Origin: Vicugna vicugna
Lineage: Eukaryota
Reading direction: 5' to 3'
Length of the DNA stretch: 64,000 bases
Assembly: GCA_013265495.1 (NCBI GenBank)
Contig: MU058584.1
Coordinates: forward strand, 5,090,508 to 5,154,507
Below, piece after piece: positions 11,696 through 24,512 of this stretch. The first letter of the stretch is position 1, and every line of letters begins with the position of its first letter. A program made the position numbers and the translations under genes. Under the pieces are notes generated by a model, which worked only from the letters and a program-made list of their open reading frames with translations, was not told the origin of the DNA and did not search any database.

Positions 11696-13729
11696 GTAAG
11701 TTCTGATGTACACCGGCAAGACAGGAAGACCAGAAGGGACACCTGAAGACTAAGGACACGGCTGAGAGGGGATGTGGTGGGAGGAGAGGGCACCTGGAGC
11801 AACGAAAACGCCAAAAGAACTCATGAAAAACACACAGGGCAAGCTGCCTCCTTTTCCATTTCACCCCAAATAATTCCAATCGGTTCACCAGAAATTGTAT
11901 GTACCACTTTTATCCTGAATGTGGCAGTTGTTTTCTTTGGAAAACTTTGCACATGGTAGGCAGTAAAAATATTTGTGGCATGAATGAAATTATCACCAAC
12001 ACCCCTGAGCCATATGATTAAGTTAAAAATCCTTCTCATTAAAATGTGGTTCTAAAGCTGAGGCCCCCTTAGTGCTGACTGACTTTTATCAGTGACAGTA
12101 TGGCCATCTGTCTGAATTAAATGCCTGGAAGGTCACTCTCCATAATTCTGCATCCTATGTTTTCTTTCTAGTTACAGGATCTGTGCATTTCACTCTATTA
12201 TTTTTTGCATGGCTTTCGCTGTGACCATATTGAGACTATAAATACTCTATTACTCATGATATCAGTGACATTTATGGGCTATCTAACAAGTGCCAAGCAT
12301 TAGAGAGAATGTCTGACAAGGCATCGGTCTATTTGCATCAGGTGTATGTTAACACTATTCCCATTTTACAGATGGGGCAGTTGAGTTCGGGAGTTCAAAG
12401 TCCTTCAGTTAGTAAGCTATGGCACAGGCCTCCATCCTCCCATGATGTGTGCTTCCAAGTCAGGACTCTCAGGCAATCTGTGCAGCTCTGCTGGGCAGCG
12501 AGCGGGCCCTCAGTCAAGGCTGCTGACAAGTGAGAAACAGTTTACCATATTAATTGCAAATTACAGGAGAGCTCAAGACTCCCAAGGAATAATAAACGCT
12601 GGGGCCCTGGTGCCCTGTCGGCTCCATTTAGTCTGGACTTGGAAAGCTCTCACTCTTCTAAAGCTGTGTCCCTGAGAGTCCGTGGCTGAGCAGGCAAAAC
12701 ACAAGGAGGGGATCTGGCAGGTCTGGGTGCTGCTTTCACGCTCTGCCCAAAGGCGTGGGTGACGCAAGGAAAAGCCGAGCCTGCAAGGGGCCTTGAGAAG
12801 TACGCGATTTCTCTCCCGCCCCGTTCCAGTACCGGGGGGGCTCTGCAAACCCAGCCTGCAGGTTGCTGCTTTCTGGGCAGAGCAGGGCTGCCAGATGCCA
12901 TTTCCCTGGGGAGGTAATCTCGCCTGGAGCAGTTCCCGAAATCACCGCCTCATTCCTTCTAAGCTAGCCTGGTGGAAACTGCCTTGCACCAGCTAGTGAA
13001 GCAGAACCACGTCCCTGTTCTTTCCTGTAGCGCAGTAAAGGCTGGGTCTGGTTTATGCTGGTAACACAAAACCAGCCTGGGCTACCCTGGGTCACACTGC
13101 ATCCGCCTGTGAAGCAGCTTGGCTTCCTGAGTCCCAGCCATCCCAGACCAGGAAGGTCAAACTACCTGCTCTGGCATCTTAATCGTCAGTTCTCATTTAA
13201 TCATCATCATGTTGCTATGAAGATGATCAGGGTATCTCTGGTTTCCCAGCTGGGAAGCTGTGACACACATGAGGCACACACCCTTGAGAGTATCAGAAAT
13301 GAGGTTTAAACATAGCCTGGCTGGCTGTGAAGTCCCTGCTCTCCCGAGACCACACTAGCTTACAGCCTCTCTCTCATGCTCCTCTCTGCAGGATGCTCAA
13401 GTGAGAGAGAGCAGTCCCACTGCCTGCGAGGGGCCCCTCTTTCCAGCTGGGGGCTGGGTCTGTGCACTATTTAATCCACGGAGCCAGAGTGGGGCCCCTA
13501 AACTCTTCCTCTCCAGCCCACTTCCCACTGCAACTTAATCACATTCGTTAAAACAGGAACGCCTGGTTTTGCAGCAGCATTCACCTGAGGCCAAATTCAC
13601 CTTTAACCACATCCTGGGCACTGCTCTCTGAAATCTTGAAACTTAATCACACATCTTACAAAAGCCAGTGCTGTTTCCCTATCTCACGGTGCGATCTTCC
13701 AGGCCACAGACCAGAATGCCTGCGCTTAA

Positions 13730-13950
13730 AGTAGTACAAAGAGCATGGACTCTGGAATTAGACAGGCAGCTCCCAGATTCTATCACTTAATCGCTGTGTG
13801 ACCTTAAGCAAGTCGCTTAACCCCTCTGAACCTCAGTTTGCTAGTATTTACCTTCCAGGGTAGATGCGAAAATTAGCACTAATGTTTATAATAGGCCTGA
13901 TGGTGAGGGGCTAGGGTAGATTCTTGATAACCAAAAGCGATCTTTTATTA
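13730..13950 (+). mobile_element. MIR SINE
   Basis: 'gagcatggactctgga...gctgtgtgaccttaagcaagtcgcttaacccctctgaacctcagttt'. Confidence 0.75.
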
Positions 13951-14815
13951 TTTCCTCTGCTTCACTGGTATGTGGCATAGGGGATGTCTATGCTGTGCCT
14001 CAGTTTTCCCGTCTGTAGAATGGAAATAATCTGAGTCCTCTGCTTGTCTAATTCATTCGGACAAAAGCTTTATGAGATAGTGTACCTGCCTACTGTAAAA
14101 GATTGAGTTCCCTCAATGACTAAAGGAGAAAAAATTCTGGCCATGCAGATAACTACCCACAGCCATTATTTTATTATACAACTTACATAGCCTTTTGGAT
14201 AAATGTGACAAGTCACTGATTTCACACAGAGCGTTATGATATGTTATCCCTCATAACTGGATTTCTTGCTTGTTTAGAGGAACTTACATCACTCAGCTAT
14301 TTAGAATTGACTTGGGCTTGTGCCAGAACAGAAGAGTCAGTAACTTGAGTGAATTCTGTCTTATCTGGATGGACTTTGTAGGTGTGCTGTGGGAGGGGGA
14401 AGGAAATCAGATTTAGCAGTATCACTCAAATCCAAGTTGGCCTATAGGCCAAGCAAGCAGAACCTTGTCTGCCAAAAGAAAAGAAACTTGTAGTAAATAA
14501 AACACATTTTTTTTTCTAATTAGACGATAGTTTCTTTGTGAGATGCTCTTACATCCACACAGGAAACTTTCCCGCATCTTTAGATTCCAGATTACTTTCC
14601 TTTGGGAAAATAAGCTAGAATTAGCATTTGAAACATGTGAGTGACAACAGGGCATAACAGTATATCTGCTACAAAATAAATTGTGTTCCTTGCCAAAAAA
14701 AAGGGGATCACCTCTGCAATAAATGAAAGAATCAATGGATCCTGGCTGGAGCATCGTGGTGTAGCAGACAGAACACTAATGTGCATCTGAGGCCTTTCTT
14801 CATCACTAACTAGCT

Positions 14816-15352
14816 GTATAGACTACCTCTAAGATGATTCCCCAGTGAGCTCTGCCTCCTGGTTTTCACGCCTTGCTAAAGTCCCCTCCGCTTGAGTGTG
14901 TGCTAGACTTAGTGACTCCCTTCTAATGAGCAGAGCACAGAAGAAACATCAGATGTCACTTTCAAGATGAGGTTATAAAATGACTGTGACTCTGTGCTGG
15001 GTGGCCCGCCCCCTTTCTTGCTGGCTCACTCAGGGAGACCAGCTGTCACATTGTGAGCTGTCCTATGAGCAAGGCCCACGTGGCTGGGAACTGAGGGAGG
15101 CCCTCTGGTCAACAGCTAGTGAGGAACTGAGCTCCTTGGGCTAACAGCCCGCAGGGAGCTGAATTCCACCCCAGAGAAAGCTTGGAAGCCAACCCTCCCT
15201 GAGGTGAGCCTTCAGCAACAGCCTGATTCTGAGCCAGAGGCATCCAGCTCAGCAGTGCCCCGATTCTTGACCTACAGAAACTGTGAGATAATAAACGTTT
15301 TCAGCTGCTAAGTTTAGGGGTAATTTGTTACACAGCAATACATAACAAATAC
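14816..15352 (+). mobile_element. MLT1F-like MaLR solo LTR nested inside a MIR (MIR halves about 14750-14815 and 15353-15510)
   Basis: TG...CA ends; 'ggaactgagggaggccctctggtcaacagc', 'agaaactgtgagataataaa'; degenerate 5-bp TSD ctagc/ctggc; the MIR core resumes after the LTR. Confidence 0.8.
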
Positions 15353-16289
15353 ACTGGCTGTATATTCTTAAGCAGTGATTTAATACACTGCACTCCAGTT
15401 TCTTCATCTGTAAAAATGGGGATAATGCCACCCACTCCACAAGGCTGTGGTGAGATTTAAATAGTATGATGCAGATGAAAGTTATGTACAATATTAAATG
15501 TGACACAACAATAGATATCCATCTCCAGAGAAATTATATTTCAGACAGAGGTCCTTTCAGTCTAGGTTGTTTAATATCACGTGGTATGAGCTCCTAGAAT
15601 GAACAAGTTAGAGGTGTATGCCTAACATTATTATATCTGCTGGGATGATACCCAGGTGCCCAGCTGTGCATTTAATTATTTTAACATTAAATGCCTAGGA
15701 ACACTTCTCTTTTCTCACTTCATTCAGCTAGTAATTAACTCCTATAGTAAAAGTCACAGCATTCTCCATAGGCATTTTAGTTCTCAATTTATGTTAAACC
15801 GAAGGACTGCTTTTCTCAAAAGAATTCAGAAAAGGAGAAAGGAGAGTGGGTCCCATATTCAACGCCTCGGCAGCTGCCTCTGCCTGACCCCGGGCCACGG
15901 AGTGGGTAGAATGGTGGTGGTCAGCAACAGACGTTCGTGAGGGCTTTCCCCTTGCTCTGCGTTATGCTGACTCCAGCCAACGCATCCTATGGTCTTTAGA
16001 AGAGGAGATAAGAACCCGGATGAACCACAAGAACTGAGGCCTGTTCACTCTGCTCTATAACATGGAAAAATAGAAGAATATGATATTTAGATAGAACTTT
16101 AAAAGTTATACAGTGGCTCCTATCTCTTGATTACCCCATAGTCTTTAAAACACAATCAATCCTTCCTTCAAAAATTATATTTGGGCCCCTACTGTTTGCA
16201 AGACTATGCATCATGTTGTGGGAAATAAAAGGTACGAGAGAAGATTCTGCTCCAAAAGATAAGACACTAATAATACTACCACAAACAAG

Positions 16290-16740
16290 AGCACAAGTTG
16301 CTGAGTGCCGGGCATCGTAACAAGACCCTTGCTACACTGCCTGTTATTGTCACAAAAACTGTAACAGGAAGATAAAAATATTTCTATTAAAGAGGAGGAC
16401 TAAGGCTCAGGAAGGGGGAGCAATTTTCCCAGGGTTATAGAAGCAAAAAATGTCAAAGCCAGGACCCGAGTGAGCCGTGTGTCCTCAGACCCCTTTTTCT
16501 GTATCTCACCACCTCCTGGCCTGTCTTCACTTCGGTTGTTGATACCATCAAGAGATACCGTGTAAAGTATTGTACGGTTCTACAAAAGCATTTTCATACA
16601 TCATCTTGTTTATTTTTATGACAAACCTCTGAAATCGGCAATATCCCCATTTATAGATGAGAAAATAAGGCGTGGGCAGCTTAGATGACTCCACCGACTT
16701 GTGGCCGACCTGAGATGTGGGATGAGATTCAGACCTGAGC
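16290..16740 (-). mobile_element. Two adjacent antisense MIR fragments
   Basis: 'gaggaggactaaggctcagg' and 'ccccatttatagatgagaaaataaggc' are antisense MIR cores. Confidence 0.6.
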
Positions 16741-17154
16741 ACACGAGAGTGTTACAACTTAAGGCGGACACAGGCAGGGTAAGCTGTCAGGTGCCACAGA
16801 GAGCAGGGGAGAGAGGGATCATCACGGGAAGAAATGCGTCTTTGGAAGAATCGTGTCTTTAAGGATGGAAACAGCTGGCGAGAGGTGTCCAGAGGCTACT
16901 TCTACAGGGAGCAGTGTGAGGGCGCGCATGCCGAGGACAGGGCAGTTGGCTCAGGGTGCTGGTCCCAGCTTGGCCCTGACCTCCCGGAGCCTGCCCTCAC
17001 ATGCGGCACAGCCGTGATAATGCTGATCCAGTCCCACAGAGCTGTTGTGAGAGCTGAACGGCTTACGCAGAAGGAGTTTGGAAGGTGTAAAGTGCTTTAC
17101 AAACCAAAGCCTTATTATTCCAACTTCAGACAAGACGAGCTTGAGGTTCAGTCT

Positions 17155-17345
17155 TTTTTTTTTTTAAATTGTTTTGTGCAACTATTTAATTTTCTTAATT
17201 TTTATTGATTTATATTTATTTTTATCCTTTTTGTGGGGAAGTCATTAGGTTATTCATTTTTTTAATGGAGGTATTAGCGATTGAATCCAGGACGTCAGGC
17301 ATGCTAAGCATGCGGTCTCCCACTGAGCTGTACACCCTCGCCCCC
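17155..17345 (-). mobile_element. Camelid tRNA-Ala-derived SINE (Vic-1-like), long tail
   Basis: Reverse complement gives 'cagctcagtgggagaccgcatgcttagcatgcctgacgtcctggattcaatc' (A box, AGC anticodon, B box) plus an A-rich tail; imperfect TSD gaggttca(ga)gtctt at about 17143-17155 and 17346-17360. Confidence 0.85.
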
Positions 17346-17659
17346 GAGGTTCAGAGTCTTGAAGACCTTTCCCAGGATCACACAAGGAAGCTCAACAGGA
17401 CCCAGGTGTCAGCACCAAACTCCAACATTAGATCCTAAGCCTTAGTCACTATTTGGAGAGACACCAACTGTTGAGTTTTCTGTCCATGAGGACACACTGC
17501 TTTCTGGGAACATGAAGAAATAAGCTAACTTGAGAGAAATCCACCTGCATATTCATGGGTCTGAGCAAGGAGGATGGAAGGGGTTTCTCAGGGAGGGTCT
17601 TCAGTCCAGGGCCCCCATGCTCTGCAGAGGGCAGGCCCAGTTACCTTCTCTGTCCCACC

Positions 17660-18215
17660 TGGAAGTGTCTGGCTTTGCACAGGGCTTCTCAGACCTCTCT
17701 ATGGTAAAGCCCGTGGACTCTTCTCAGTAATGGTATCAAGTACATACATTGCCTAGCACTTTGAAAGAGACCAATTATATTGAAATATCTTATAATATTA
17801 AAAATACCATCAAAATATTAAAATATCTTATCAAAATATTAACATATTTGTTATAGAGTCATATATATTTGCTTCTTTATGGAAGTATTAGATAAAAGAT
17901 TTAGCTGTGGGCCTAACAGCTACTTCAATTTCTAGGGAGAGATATGCACAAATGGTATTTCAAGGCAGTTGTCATACCTGTAAAGTACTATTTAAAAATA
18001 TGCAATTTCTACTGGTGACAAGTCACAGATAGCCCTAAGTACCGCAGTGGCTTGTTGGCAACCTTTGTAACTGAAACACGTATTACATTTCAATTAGAGA
18101 TTAGTGAAACAAAAATGTCATTTTTTTCTTATCCAAATCTATGTACATTCTCCCTTTTCCACCCCAGAATTCTATCCATGAATCTGTTGGGACCCCAGAT
18201 AAAGAATCCCTGGTT
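17660..18215. mobile_element. hAT-Charlie non-autonomous DNA element (subfamily uncertain)
   Basis: TIR-like ends 'cagggcttctc' and 'aagaatccctg'; internal 'ggtgacaagtcacag...caattagagattagtgaaac' recalled from Charlie-type MER elements. Confidence 0.55.
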
Positions 18216-18554
18216 TAGAGGAAATCAAAGAAGGCTTTTGAGTGGAAGGCAATACATTGTGGAGGAAATAACACTTATGATTGCACTTATGTTCACTTTT
18301 TTTCATTTAGTAGTAATCTATTCACCATGTTCAATTATACTTCACTGCAGATACTGATTAGATTAATTAATGATTTCTCACCATAAGTATTAGTAAAATG
18401 AATGGCTGGACAGTTAAGAAGCAAAAGGTACGTTTTTAAATCACCAATGTATCACAAACTGTTACCCTAATGAATTTATGCTCTGTGCTTCAGTTTCCCC
18501 AGATCACTGATGACCAGGGTTAACAGTAGCAAAGAGTAATGAAAGGGTCAAAAG

Positions 18555-18780
18555 TATGGCATGTGGAGTCTGAAATAAATTGGTTCCAGCACCACCACAC
18601 ACTAGCTGGGAGGTCATGGGCAAATTACTTGACCTCTCCATTATGTTTTAATTACATGAAGTGGGAGTAATGATATCAACTTTTGAGGGTCACTGAGAGA
18701 ATTAAATGAGATTTTATTTGCATTTGGCACTGCATCTAACACATTCTAAGTGCTCAACTAGAGGTTGCTATCACTGCCCC
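18555..18780 (+). mobile_element. MIR SINE
   Basis: 'actagctggg...gggcaaattacttgacctctc...gagaattaaatgag...taagtgctcaa'. Confidence 0.7.
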
Positions 18781-19409
18781 CACAATTATTATTACCTGTT
18801 ATCACAGGCATTTTGGCTATCAAGTGAAAGCAATATGCCTGACATATGACAATGACAAACTGTAGGCTGCTTCCCAGCAGGATCCTCAGGTAGATTTAGA
18901 GGGGATGAGAAAGGATCAAAACCTGCCCCATGTTCTGGGACCAGCATCCTCAGCGAGAAAATTCACAGAGAACAGCCCTTGTGTGATCAGAGAGGCCTGA
19001 CCTTTGGTGTGTTTGGAAAAATAGGTTATGTTTGTCTTGGAGAGTCTCTTGTCACCTTTTCAAAGCCCTCTTGGTTTTTTGTTGTCTCATCTCCTAGAAT
19101 CCAGAGTCTCTGGTGTCCAGGATTCTCTCCCTAATCCTCCACTGTGCACCTCACACAAAACAGGAAGGGGAGGCAATTTGTATGTTTGGGTGTCTCCTAT
19201 GTGCTGCACTACTGTGTTCTCCTTAAGTGATAAGTGGTCTCAAGCTTGAGAGCTTTTTAATTTTTCCGTGCTTCATTCTTTCCAGGTCCTATTTTGGAGG
19301 CCACATTGCCCTAATTTTAACCAACCAATAATACTGAGGTGTTGAGGGTGATTTAGCTCCCAATCTGCTGAATAAAATATATCCGTATCTCAACAGATGC
19401 TTTTCATAC

Positions 19410-19640
19410 CAATACTGAGATGGTGTAAACACATGGACCCACATAGACCTGGATTGCATCCTGGGTCTGCTGAATCCTAGCTGTGCTACCTTGGACAAGG
19501 CATGAACCTCTCTGAAACCATTTTTCACTTGTAAACTAGAAATGATCATAGCTAATTATAAGTTTTGTTAAAATTATGAAATGAGATTTTGTTTATAAAC
19601 ATCTTACAACACTATATATATTTCAAATGATAGTTACCAT
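19410..19640 (+). mobile_element. MIR SINE
   Basis: 'agacctggattgcatcctgg...tagctgtgctaccttggacaaggcatgaacctctctga'. Confidence 0.7.
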
Positions 19641-20619
19641 TAATAGACATAATGGGACTTTCAGCTCATTGGAGCACATTTGATGTGAGACTGGAAGAAC
19701 TTTCAGATGCCTCTTATCACCTTATATGGGATCTTACTTGCTTTGCCAATGAGTGGTGTTTCTCCCACACTGAAAAGATAAACATGCTTCAGTCTTTTCA
19801 TGAACACAGCACTCAGGAAAACTCTACCCAACCGATCTTCAGATCTAGTTTGGAGGTGAGGCAAGATCTAAAACACAAAGCTATACCTATCCTGGCAATG
19901 CTTCACCTCTTGCTCTTAAAATCCCAAATATCCGGGCATCCTGGAACAAGACAAAAATCAAAGCAAGGCCAGCACACTGACTTGAGAGTGACTGCAGGCT
20001 TCCAGCCTTTTTCCCTCTTCAACTTACAATGGCTTGAAGAGGCAGTCAGTGAAGCCTCTGGGTCCTCCTTAAAGTTTGGGGCCCTTCAGCCGTGGAATCC
20101 AAATTATTCTTCTGGACACTCTCCCAGAGCAAAGCTCTGGCTTCGAGAGCTCTCTGGACGGCAGCCATGGTAAAGACATTTGCTACTGCCAGCGTGTAGA
20201 GGGGAAACATGGAAAATATCGCTCAGGCAGGAATACAGTTGAGTGTTTCTAGGATACGTCAGCCAGGAGGAAGCTTTGCCACCAGCCTCCCAGGATAGAG
20301 AAACCATTCCCTCCGCTTCCCACTTGATTCATCATCAGTAGTGTAACAGAATGCAAAGGCACGTCAAGGGACTGAAGAACGGTCTGGGAGAACAACAGTT
20401 CATGAACTGAAGAACAGAGTCTCAACCTGTATTTCCATCCTGCAGGGCTCACGTGCTTCTTCCATGAGCCTAGGTAAAGCATCCACGGGGAACCATTGTG
20501 CCTTTGGTGACACTCTGTTCCACATTGTGTATACCTTTTTCTTTTCTTTTTTTTTTCCCCCGCTTTTTGCTTTTCTGAATGTTAGATGCAGAGCTTTGAT
20601 TTAATCAAACACCTTTCTC

Positions 20620-22260
20620 AGCTCATGGCATAGCATTATGTTTGGTCCCATATATGGAAGGTCTCTTTCTTATTTTCTTTTAGTTTTCCCTGCCTCTCCC
20701 ACCTCTCATTACTATTCCTCACTATAGAGTGGGCATCTTCCCTATAATGTTTAATATACATTCTTGATATGTACGTATCTGCAGGAAATACGTGGTGGTG
20801 TTTCGTGTATGTCTGTGCTTTCACCTTACGCAACAGTGTCTCATATTTCTTACCTTTTTACTCAATACTATATTCTAATGTACACTCACTAGTTTATTGC
20901 TTCTCAGAGCTGTATAATATTCCACCTGATGATGGACAGCTATTTGCTGCTGCAAATATGCTGCTGTGTGCATTTTTCTATGTGTGCCTGATGGGCTTGT
21001 GTGACAATTTCTCAGGCATGTTCCCAGAAGAGAGACTGCTGTATTGTAAGGCGCATAGACTCTCTAATTCTTCTCGGAGCTGCTAGATTACTTTCCAGAA
21101 AGGCATGCTGGTTCCTACTTCCACCAGCTAGGCATGTGGATTCCTGTTTCCCCTAGCTTGTTGAAAACTTGAAGCCCTCTAATTTTTTGTTGTTGTCCAT
21201 TAAGTGGGTATTAAGTCATATAATATTGTTGCTTTAATTTTTATATCTTTTACTATAGGTGAGGAAGAGAATCTCTTTAACTTTAGTCATTCAGGTTTCT
21301 CCTTTTGTGCATTGTATTCATATCAATTACTCATTTTCCTATCTTTTCAATGATTAGTAGGAATTCCTTTTATAATCTATTAATCCCACTGATTTTAAAC
21401 TTTGCAAATTCTTCTCTAGGTATGGTACACATTTGTTAACGTTGTATACTGTGCCCACACTGAATAGAAATTCTTAATGTCTGTGTAGTCAGATCCAACA
21501 ATTTTCTACCTTATAACTTGTGTTTATACAGTCTTGGTTTAAAAAAATCTTTTCCCACTCTAAGGTCATGTTTTCTCCTACTAGCTTTAAAGTTTCACCT
21601 TTTACATTTTGGTCTTTAAGCCATCTGGAGTTTGTTGCGTACATGGCATGAAGTAAGAATGTAAATATTTATTTCTCATAAGTGAGCCAGCTTTCTTAAC
21701 ACTACCTACTAAACAATTTCTCTGTTTCCCACCTCTCTCATATTCTATTTCCTTACACATGTGCTCTGTTCCTGGGCTTTCTTTCTGTTCCATATTTCAT
21801 TTGGCTGCTGCTGTGCTGGTATATACTATCCTCTCTTCGCTCTTTGTATGTGTGTGTGTACACACACCTGTACAAACAAAATTGACAAGTATTTGTGAAA
21901 CCTGATTCTTCAATGTAGACTTTAGAATTGGATTGTCAAGTTTCTCAAAAATTTCTGCTAGAGTTTACATTGGAACATATTAAATAATGTTAATTTAGGG
22001 GAGAGCTGACAAACTTATACTATCAACTAATTCACCTATTCATTCATTATTCATGTCTTCTTCTATGACTTTTAGTAGAATTTGAAAGATTTATCTATAA
22101 AATTTTGTACATTCCTTGTTGTTTCTATTCCTGGAATAGAAGTTAGACATTCTTGATATTATGAATGCCACTTCAATTTCTATTAGTTTCTTGTTGGTTA
22201 TTGATAGCATAAATTGAATTTGTATCTGGCAGCCTTGCTGAACTCTTATTAGTTTAGTAG
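20620..22260 (-). mobile_element. Old L1 (L1ME-like) 3' region, antisense
   Basis: T-rich degraded L1 ORF2/3'UTR: 'cctacttccaccagc', 'ttttggtctttaagccatctggagtttg', 'gaattttgtatctggcagccttgctgaactc'-like motifs. Confidence 0.7.
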
Positions 22261-22609
22261 TCTATTATGCTGAGGGTTTTTAATGCGTATCTGACTCCTT
22301 CTATTAGATGGTACCCTGAGGCCAGATGCACGCTTGCTCTTTACATTTTTCATCACTAAATCTCCTCAAACCTTTTCCATGATGGCTGACACTGTTAACA
22401 GAAATTCTGGCTATCACTTTTTAGTATTTATTATGCCAGGTACTAACCTAAGCACTTTACATGCATTGTCTGACTTGATCCTTACTTGATTTCATTTTTA
22501 TCAACACTCTACAAATGAGTAAGTGGAAGCTAAGCTGTCTCAGGTCACATAGTCAGTAAGACACAAGACAAAATGATGTATCTTTGATTCTAAAGCTGAG
22601 GCCCTCTAC

Positions 22610-23210
22610 ACTGGTGCTGATCTAAATTTGGGCCTCAGACCTGTTCACAATTACCTAGTAAACTCTATATTATTCACCCACACACACGCTGTCAATGAAA
22701 CATGTGTATAGTTTTTATAATTTTACCTATGCTATGTTTATTCTGATTATTTTTAATTCTAATTTAATATAATTATAATATATTAATATTATATCAATAT
22801 AATATTATAATATTTTATTATATATCGATATAATACTTTATTATATTAATAATTAACATTATACTAATATAATACATTATAATTAACCATATTATAATAA
22901 ATATCTTTATATTAACTGTAATAATAAAAAATAAAAATTGTCTCTACTTGTAAAGTTGGGAGCTTGTCTTTGGCATGTCTTCTCTTTTATTTATTTATTT
23001 TCTTTTTTTAAGTGGAGGTACTGGGGACTGAACCCAGGACCTTAAGCATGCTAGGCAGGCATTCTACCGATGAGCTATCCCCTCCCTGGCATGTCTTCTC
23101 TTTCAAATGTATTTTTCTGATTATTATTTTTATTATGCTTTATAAAACTATCAGTTGAGGACATTTTAGGAAAAAACTGATTGTTTACTACTGATAGTTG
23201 GAGAAGCACT
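22610..23210. mobile_element. Degraded hAT-Charlie-type element containing an AT-rich low-complexity tract and a nested SINE
   Basis: Ends 'gagaagcactg' (Charlie TIR-like); the interior about 22740-22935 is almost pure A/T. Confidence 0.4.
22988..23086 (-). mobile_element. Camelid tRNA-Ala-derived SINE (Vic-1-like), short form
   Basis: 'ggaggtactggggactgaacccaggacc...gcatgctag...gagctatcccctccc' with a T-rich tail; perfect 17-bp TSD TGGCATGTCTTCTCTTT at 22971-22987 and 23087-23103. Confidence 0.9.
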
Positions 23211-24512
23211 GATTTAAAGCATGGGTCATTTCTCTACCAAATTATCTCTCACTTGCTTAAGTGCCTGAAGATGCAAACCGAGTAGAACAAAAGTCCTGAA
23301 CCTCTATATTTGGTACTTGGTTGTCTCAATCATTTTGAATGTATTTGTATTTCTGAGTTGCTCTAATCAAATGAGAGTCATCCTGAGAAAGCTTTTTCCT
23401 ACAGAGAAATCCTTAAAATGTTCCCACCCAGCCCTCTCTGCTGCTTCAAACCACAGTGTCTACTGGATCCATAAGAAAAGAATCTACAGCTGGCCCTGGA
23501 AATACCAAGCAATGCCTGAGCTCTGAGCTGGGGGAAGGTCTTTTGTTCTAATACCAACCTCCAGATTCAACTCTCCTCCATTTGAAAAAATAAGTTCCGA
23601 ATTTGAGCATGGAGATTAACAATGTTGTTAGCAACGAAACTATCTCTGTGAAACACTGAAGTGCAGTATTTGAACATAAGTTGAAGTGTGTAAACCATCA
23701 GCACAGGTCAGCTTGTATAGTAATACTGAAATACATCACTGAATCTGTGAAGGAATATATAATATCATAGAGAACTACAGAATAAGAAAAAAAAATTTCA
23801 GATCAAATCACATGTCTTAGGAAAAGTTGTGTAGGACAGTCTTCTGACAGATCATCCCACACGATGGGCAACTCAATGAATTTACAATCTGGTTGCTTTT
23901 TAAAAAACTAATTATCTGGCTGTGTTTTTGAGTGCATAACATTACCATGTTTCAAGCATAATAATTAGTAGAGCTAGCAGAAGAAACATAGCTTTTACAA
24001 TTAGATTTTAACTTTCTTGTATGTCACTTGTACAAAGATTTTTATAGCAAGCACTCTTTAGCTCATGGGAAAAAAAAACAGGAAAAATTCCAAATATTTA
24101 ACACTAAGAGAATGTTTAGCAAGCCACTTTTATAAGTATAATGAAATATTTATTGCATACTCTTTAAAAATAAGTAAGCAGAATATACCACTATAGTGTA
24201 ACAAATGCTCTACAAAAGAGTATTAGTGTAAATCACAAAATCGAAAGATGGAACACATATTCAAATTACAGCTGCATAAAAATGTGTTCATGAGTTCAGA
24301 AAAAGAATTGGAATTTAGCTAGATGGAATTCACTGTATGTTTTTCATCTGTAAGGCTATGATAAAAATATTTTTAACAATAAAACATTTTTATGTTGCGA
24401 TTTTTAAAAAATTATGTGAATGTATAGATAGTTTATGTAAATGTAGGGACTTCCGTAACTCTCCATGCTAATAAGGAATACATAAAAATAAAAGACAGTG
24501 GGTGTTTTATAG

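Noticed and set aside
17265..17345. Possible tRNA-Ala(AGC) gene (also 23013-23086)
   Set aside because: Mismatched stems, A-rich tails and TSDs show these are SINE copies, not tRNA genes.
19652..20173. Longest ORF (173 aa, ATG start)
   Set aside because: No recognisable homology, promoter or splice context; this length is plausible by chance in 64 kb across six frames.
22740..22935. AT-rich tract as an origin or foreign insert
   Set aside because: Ordinary low-complexity TA-rich expansion without defined structure.
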